From Candidatus Latescibacterota bacterium (GTDB taxonomy: Bacteria > Latescibacterota > UBA2968 > UBA8231), in assembly GCA_965206595.1 (NCBI GenBank), contig OZ242214.1:2848001-2912000 (forward strand): a stretch of DNA of 64,000 nucleotides, given 5' to 3'. The notes beneath the pieces were generated by a model. The model was not told the origin of the DNA and made no database searches. It saw nothing but the letters and a program-made list of their open reading frames with translations. Of this stretch, positions 58,269 through 64,000 are shown one piece after another. Position numbers and translations under genes: made by a program. Every line of letters starts with the position of its first letter. Positions within the stretch are counted from its first letter, which is position 1.

Positions 58269-59455
58269 ATGCCCCGACGCAGACTCCCCATAGGCATTCA
58301 GACCTTCCGCGAGATCCGCGGGCAGGACTGCTACTACGTCGACAAAACCCCGTACATCCGGCGCCTGGTCGACGGGGCCAAGCACTACTTCCTCTCCCGC
58401 CCCCGGCGCTTCGGCAAGAGCCTGTTCCTCGACACCTGCAAGGAGCTGTTCGAGGGCAACGAACCGCTGTTCGAGGGGCTGGACATCCACGAGCACTGGG
58501 ACTGGTCGGCGCGGCACCCGGTCGTGCGCCTCGACTTCAGCAGCTCCAACATCCGGACACCGGAAGACGTGCGGACGGAAGCGGAGATACCCCCCCGCGA
58601 CGACGACCCGTCCTTCCGTTTCGGGCGCCTGATCGAGGCGCTGCACGAGCGCAGCGGCCGGCGCGTGGCGGTTCTCGTGGACGAATACGAGAAGCCGATC
58701 CTGGACAACCTCGACACCCCCGAAACCGCCCGCGCCATCCGCGACTACCTGTTCGGTTTCTACGCGACGACCAAGTCGAGCGACGCCGACATCCATTTCA
58801 GTCTTTTTACCGGGGTTCACAAGTTTCCCCTGGCCGGACCGTTCTCCGGCCTCAACAACCTGATCGACATCACCCTGGACCCGCGCTATTCCGCCATCTG
58901 CGGCTATACCGATTCGGACCTGGACGCAGTGTTCGCCCCGGAGTTGCCCGGCCTCGACCGGGACGAGATCCGCGACTGGTACAACGGCTACAACTGGCTG
59001 GGCGAGGAGAAGGTGTACCACCCCTTCGACATGCTGATGCTCTTCGACAAGCGGGAGTTCGGCGCCGAGCGGTTCGAGACGGACGCCCCGGCGTTCCTGG
59101 TCGAAACCCTGACCGGTCTCGGGTTCCGCTCCACAGATGCGGACGACATGCTAAGTAGCCAGGACCTGCTGTCCTTGTTAGACGTGGAGGATATGACGAC
59201 GGAAGCGCTGCTGTTTCAGGCCGGCTACATCACGATTACGAAGGATAGGAACCTTGGCGGAAACCTGTTCTGCTACATGGGTTATCCCAACCGGGCGGCG
59301 CGCTTTCGCCTCGACAGGGCACTGCGAGGGCGCAATTGAAGGACAAGCGCTACGCCGACAAGTACCGCGCCCCGGGCCTGCCCATCTACCTGGTCGCCGT
59401 CGAGTTCAGCAGGGAGGCCCGCAACTTGGCGGCCTTCGAGGTCGAGCGGGCTTGA
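58269..59455 (+). pseudogene. AAA-ATPase-like / PD-(D/E)XK_9 paralog 1 (nuclease region deleted and frameshifted)
   Basis: LPIGIQTF, YYVDKT, SRPRRFGKS, VDEYEKP. The ORF stops at 59339; an out-of-frame tail QLKDKRYADKY..ERA* runs to 59455. Confidence 0.8.
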
Positions 59456-59478
59456 AGAGCCAGAACAAGCTGACATCC

Positions 59479-61026
59479 ATGCCCCGACGCAGACTCCCCA
59501 TAGGCATCCAGACCTTCCGCAGGATTCGCGAGGAAAACTGCTACTACGTCGACAAGACCGCGTACATCCGGCGGCTGCTCGACGAGGGCACGCACTACTT
59601 CCTGTCGCGGCCGCGGCGCTTCGGCAAGAGCCTGTTCCTCGACACCTGCAAGGACCTGTTCGAGGGCAACGAGCCCCTGTTCGAGGGGCTGGACATCCAC
59701 GAGCACTGGGACTGGTCGGTTCGCTATCCCGTCGTGCGGCTCGATCTGGGCAGCGGGAATTGCATCGAGCCGGGGCATCTGCACGAGGACGTGATGGCCC
59801 AACTGGAGGACGAGGCGGAAGCAGCCGGCATTGCAACCCGCTACGACACCGCGCCAGCCCGTTTCCGCCACCTGATCCGGGCGCTGCACCGGCAGGTCGG
59901 CCGGCCCGTTGTCGTGCTGGTCGATGAGTATGACAAGCCGATCCTGGACGCGCTGGAAAGGCCCGACGCCGCCCGCGCCAACCGCGACTATCTGCGCGGC
60001 CTCTACGCGACGATCAAGTCCAGCGACGCCCACGTCCGGTTCACCTTTCTCACGGGCGTCAGCAAGTTCTCCAAGGTCAGCCTGTTCTCCGGCCTCAACA
60101 ACCTCAAGGACATCACCCTGGACCCGCGCTATTCCGCCATCTGCGGCTATACCGAGGCCGACCTGGATACCGTGTTCGCCCCGGAGTTGCCCGGACTCGA
60201 CCGGGACGAGATCCGCGACTGGTACAACGGCTACAGTTGGCTCGGAGAGGAGAACGTGTACAACCCCTTCGACATCCTGCTGCTCTTCGACAGCCGCAAG
60301 TTCAAGGCCCACTGGTTCGAGACCGGCACGCCCTCGTTTCTGGTCGAATCCCTGTTCCGGCGCCGGATCGGCTCCTTGTCCCTGGAAGACATGGTGGGCA
60401 CCGACGATCTGCTGTCGAAGTTCGACGTCGACGACATCGCCACCGAGGCGCTTCTGTTCCAGACCGGCTATCTCACGATCACCGGGGAGAGGAACCTGGG
60501 CGGCAAGACCCTGTACCGGCTCGGCTATCCGAACCGCGAGGTGAAGCAGAGCCTGAACGAGCATCTGCTGCGCGCCATGGGGCCTGACCCCTCGCGGCAG
60601 GGATCGCACGACATCCGGCTCTACGACCTGCTGCTCGCCAACGACTTCGCCGGGCTCGAGACCCTGTTCCGCGCCTTCTTCGCCAGTATCCCCTTCGAGT
60701 GGTACACCCGCAACGACATCGCCTCCTACGAGGGCTACTACGCCAGCGTGTTCTACTCGTACTTCGCGGCGCTGGGATTGGACGTCACCGTGGAGGACAG
60801 CAGCAGCCACGGCCGCCTCGACATGGCGGTCCGCTTCAACGGCAGCGTCTACCTCTTCGAGTTCAAGGTCGTCGAGATGGCGCCGGAGGGCGCCGCCATG
60901 GCGCAGTTGAAGGAGAGGCGCTACGCCGACAAGTACCGCGCCCCGGGCCTGCCTGTTTACCTGGTCGCCGTCGAGTTCAGCAGGGAAGCCCGCAATCTGG
61001 CGGCCTTCGACGTCGAGCGGGTCTGA
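59479..61026 (+). CDS. AAA-ATPase-like (PF09820) / PD-(D/E)XK_9 (PF08011) protein, intact paralog 2
   Basis: SRPRRFGKS, VDEYDKP, TGVSKF..FSGLNN, WYNGY, YPNREV, E..S.HGRLDM..FEFK..Q...RRY. Confidence 0.9.
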   Translation: MPRRRLPIGIQTFRRIREENCYYVDKTAYIRRLLDEGTHYFLSRPRRFGKSLFLDTCKDLFEGNEPLFEGLDIHEHWDWSVRYPVVRLDLGSGNCIEPGHLHEDVMAQLEDEAEAAGIATRYDTAPARFRHLIRALHRQVGRPVVVLVDEYDKPILDALERPDAARANRDYLRGLYATIKSSDAHVRFTFLTGVSKFSKVSLFSGLNNLKDITLDPRYSAICGYTEADLDTVFAPELPGLDRDEIRDWYNGYSWLGEENVYNPFDILLLFDSRKFKAHWFETGTPSFLVESLFRRRIGSLSLEDMVGTDDLLSKFDVDDIATEALLFQTGYLTITGERNLGGKTLYRLGYPNREVKQSLNEHLLRAMGPDPSRQGSHDIRLYDLLLANDFAGLETLFRAFFASIPFEWYTRNDIASYEGYYASVFYSYFAALGLDVTVEDSSSHGRLDMAVRFNGSVYLFEFKVVEMAPEGAAMAQLKERRYADKYRAPGLPVYLVAVEFSREARNLAAFDVERV

Positions 61027-61049
61027 GGATCCAGAACAAGGTGATGGCC

Positions 61050-62365
61050 ATGCCCAGACGCAGACTCCCCATCGGCATCCAGACCTTCCGCGAGATCCGC
61101 GAGCAGGACTGCTACTACGTCGACAAGACCGCGTACATCCGGCGGCTGCTCGACGGGGGCAAGCACTACTTCCTGTCGCGGCCCCGGCGCTTCGGCAAGA
61201 GCCTGTTCCTCGACACCTGCAAGGAGCTCTTCGAGGGCAACGAACCCCTGTTCGAGGGGCTGGACATCCACGAGCACTGGGACTGGTCGGCGCGGCACCC
61301 GGTCGTGCGCCTCGACTTCAGCAGCGGCAACTACCAGGCACCTGAAGACGTGCGGACGGAAGTGGCGGCGCAATTGAGCGTCATGGAGGACGAAGCGGAG
61401 GTAACCCCCCGCGACAACGATCCGTCCCTCCGCTTCCGGCACTTGGTCAAGGAGCTCCACGAGCGCACCGGCCGGCGCGTGGCGGTCCTCGTGGACGAGT
61501 ACGACAAGCCGATCCTCGACAGGCTCGACGCGCCCGAGGTCGCCCGCGCCAATCGCGACTTTCTGCGCAGCCTGTATTCGACCGTGAAGTTCTCCGACGC
61601 GCACATCCGTTTCAGCTTCCTTACCGGGGTCCACAAGTTTCCCATGGCCGGACCGTTCTCCGGCCTCAACAACCTGATCGACCTCACCCTCGACCCGGAA
61701 TTCTCGGCCATCTGCGGCTATACCGAGGCCGACCTGGACACGGTGTTCGCGCCTGAGCTCCCGGGCCTCGACCGGGACGAGATCCGCCTCTGGTACAACG
61801 GCTACAGCTGGCTCGGCGAGGATAAGGTCTACAATCCCTTTGCCATCCTGCTGCTGTTTCGCAACCGCCTGTTCGGTGCCTGGTGGTTCGAAACCGGCAC
61901 TCCGGCGTTCCTGGTCGAAACCCTGTTCAAGCGCCGGGTGAGCTCCCTGGCCCTGGACGACATGGTGGGCCAGCAGCGACCTGCCGTCGACCTTCGACGT
62001 CGACGACATGCCGACGGAGGCGCTGTTGTTCCAGACCGGCTATCTCACCCATCGCCCGCCCCGAGCCGCGGGGAGCGGAGATGTTCTACCGGCTGGAGTG
62101 CTTCGCGGCGCTGGGATTGGACGTTACTGTCGAGGACAGCAGCAGCCACGGCCGCCTCGACATGGCGGTCCGCTTCAACGACAACGTCTACCTCTTCGAG
62201 TTCAAGGTGGTCGAGATGACGCCGGAGGGCGCGGCCATGACGCAGTTGAAGGAGAGGCGCTACGCCGGCAAGTACCGCGCCCCGGGCCTGCCCATCTACC
62301 TGGTCGCCGTCGAGTTCAGCAAGGAGGCCCGCAACCTGGCGGCCTTCGAGGTCGAGAGGGCCTGA
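61050..62365 (+). pseudogene. AAA-ATPase-like / PD-(D/E)XK_9 paralog 3 (frameshifts near 61970-62060 and an internal deletion)
   Basis: Collinear with paralog 2 until MVG, then shifts frame; YRL joins directly to FAALG. Confidence 0.8.
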
Positions 62366-62403
62366 GCCTCCGGGACGCCCGCGAAAGGCAGGCAGCCGCC
62401 TGA

Positions 62404-62700
<297 letters not shown>

Positions 62701-62713
62701 CCGAACCCGACCT

Positions 62714-64000
62714 ATGAGCGCCGAGCCGGCACCCGCTTCCGCCTCATCCCGCGCCGCCCTGCCCGACTACCTCTCGGCGCGCATGATCAACGAGTACGTC
62801 TACTGCCCGCGGCTGTTCTACTTCGAGCAGGTCGAGGGGGTGTTCGTGCACAACGAGCACACCGTGGAAGGCGCCGTGCAGCACAAGCGCGTCGACAAGG
62901 AGGGCAAGTCCGCCCCCGGGCCCGAGGAAGAAACGGACGAGCCGGTCGTGGTGCGCTCGATGACCCTGTCCTCCGAGAAGCACCGGGTCATCGCCAAGCT
63001 CGACCTGGCGGAGTTCGCCGACGGCCGCGCCACGCCCGTCGACTACAAGCACGGCGGACCCATGTCCGACGACGAAGGCGTGCAGGCCTGGCCGACCGAC
63101 CGCGTTCAGCTCGCCGTTCAAGCGCTCGTGCTGCGCGCCAACGGCTATCGCTGTGAGGAGGGCTTCGTTTTCTACCAGAAGACGCGGCAGAGAGTGCGGG
63201 TCGCCTTCGACGAGGAGGCGGTCGCCGAGGCGGAGCAGGCCATCGCCGGCGCCTGGGACACCGCGGCCGCACAAGAGATGCCGCCGCCGCTCATCGACTC
63301 GCCTAAATGTCCCGGCTGCTCCCTGGTCGGCATCTGCCTGCCGGACGAGACCTGGAGCCTGTGGTCGCGCGACGACGGCGAGGCCGACCAGCTCGACCTG
63401 TTCCAGACCCGCCCGGGAAAACGCCCAAAGCCGCGGGCCGGGGGACCCCGGTTGCTCGTAACCCCGCGCGACGACCTTCGGCCCCTTTACCTCAACACCC
63501 AGAGGCTGCGCGTCGGAAAGACCGGCGGAGTCCTCCGCATCAAGGAGCGCGACAAGGTCGTCCAGGAGGCGCGCATCAACGAGATCTGCCAGGTCAACCT
63601 GATGGGCGCCGTCCAGATCAGCACCCAGGCCGTGCAGGAGCTGTGCCGCGCCGAAAAGCCGATCTGCTATTTCTCCCAGGGCGGATGGTTCTACGGCGTC
63701 ACCACCGGGCTCAGCACCAAGAACGTCTTTCTGAGAAGGACGCAGTTCCACTTGGCCGAAGAGGCCCGATTCTGCCTGCGGATCGCCAGAAAGCTGGTCG
63801 CGGGCAAGATCCGCAATCAGCGAACCATGCTGCTGCGCAACCATGTAGAGCCGCCGAAACCGGAGCTGCAGGAATTGAAGTGGCTCGTAGCCCGCGCCGA
63901 AACTGCGGAATCCCCCGAAGAGCTTCTCGGTTTCGAAGGCTGGGCAGCGCGTATCTACTTCGGGCTCTTCGCCGGCATGTTGAAGCGCGACCGCTCAGAA
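62714..64000 (+). CDS. cas4-cas1: Cas4-Cas1 fusion (truncated by the window end; absent from the ORF track)
   Basis: ATG 62714 opens a frame with RMINEYVYCPRLFY, KLDLAE, PVDYKHG, QLAVQAL, SPKCPGCSLVGICLPDE (Cas4), then PLYLNTQ..VQISTQA..GKIRNQR..LLGFEG (Cas1). Confidence 0.92.
   Translation, partial: MSAEPAPASASSRAALPDYLSARMINEYVYCPRLFYFEQVEGVFVHNEHTVEGAVQHKRVDKEGKSAPGPEEETDEPVVVRSMTLSSEKHRVIAKLDLAEFADGRATPVDYKHGGPMSDDEGVQAWPTDRVQLAVQALVLRANGYRCEEGFVFYQKTRQRVRVAFDEEAVAEAEQAIAGAWDTAAAQEMPPPLIDSPKCPGCSLVGICLPDETWSLWSRDDGEADQLDLFQTRPGKRPKPRAGGPRLLVTPRDDLRPLYLNTQRLRVGKTGGVLRIKERDKVVQEARINEICQVNLMGAVQISTQAVQELCRAEKPICYFSQGGWFYGVTTGLSTKNVFLRRTQFHLAEEARFCLRIARKLVAGKIRNQRTMLLRNHVEPPKPELQELKWLVARAETAESPEELLGFEGWAARIYFGLFAGMLKRDRSE

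Noticed and set aside
62744-63844. 366-aa minus-strand ORF
   Set aside because: Antisense to the cas4-cas1 fusion, which has clear motifs.

Overview
GC-rich bacterial DNA. The gene content (several PhyH dioxygenases, secreted proteins with FlgD-like C-termini, a giant WD40 protein, a 'SWALIK/TWGxIK' C-terminal motif) resembles Latescibacterota/Gemmatimonadota-type marine or sponge-associated genomes; this assignment is inference. Positions 1-42 kb hold metabolic and transport genes, a 10-gene Mrp/Mnh-type antiporter operon, mnmA and a sirtuin. They also hold two lower-GC inserts bounded by duplicated gene 3' ends: a cassette of a Cys-rich peptide, TlpA and a tetraheme cytochrome (about 9.6-16 kb), and a WD40/TonB-receptor island (23.9-32.9 kb). 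From 42.25 kb to the end lies a CRISPR-Cas locus. A complete type III-B module (csx1-like, cmr1-cas10-cmr3-4-5-6) is nested inside a type I-G operon (cas7g-csb2 ... cas3g-cas8g) as one translationally coupled unit of about 15.7 kb. It is followed by three tandem AAA-ATPase/PD-(D/E)XK paralogs, cas2 and a cas4-cas1 fusion cut by the window edge. The most unusual element is Csb2, the only Cas6-type protein here, which carries an in-frame, motif-intact phosphoribosyltransferase domain between its Cas5-like and Cas6-like halves. The Csx1-like effector has a second, C-terminal CARF-like domain. No CRISPR array, tRNA or rRNA was seen. All family calls come from motif recognition by eye; no database search was run.
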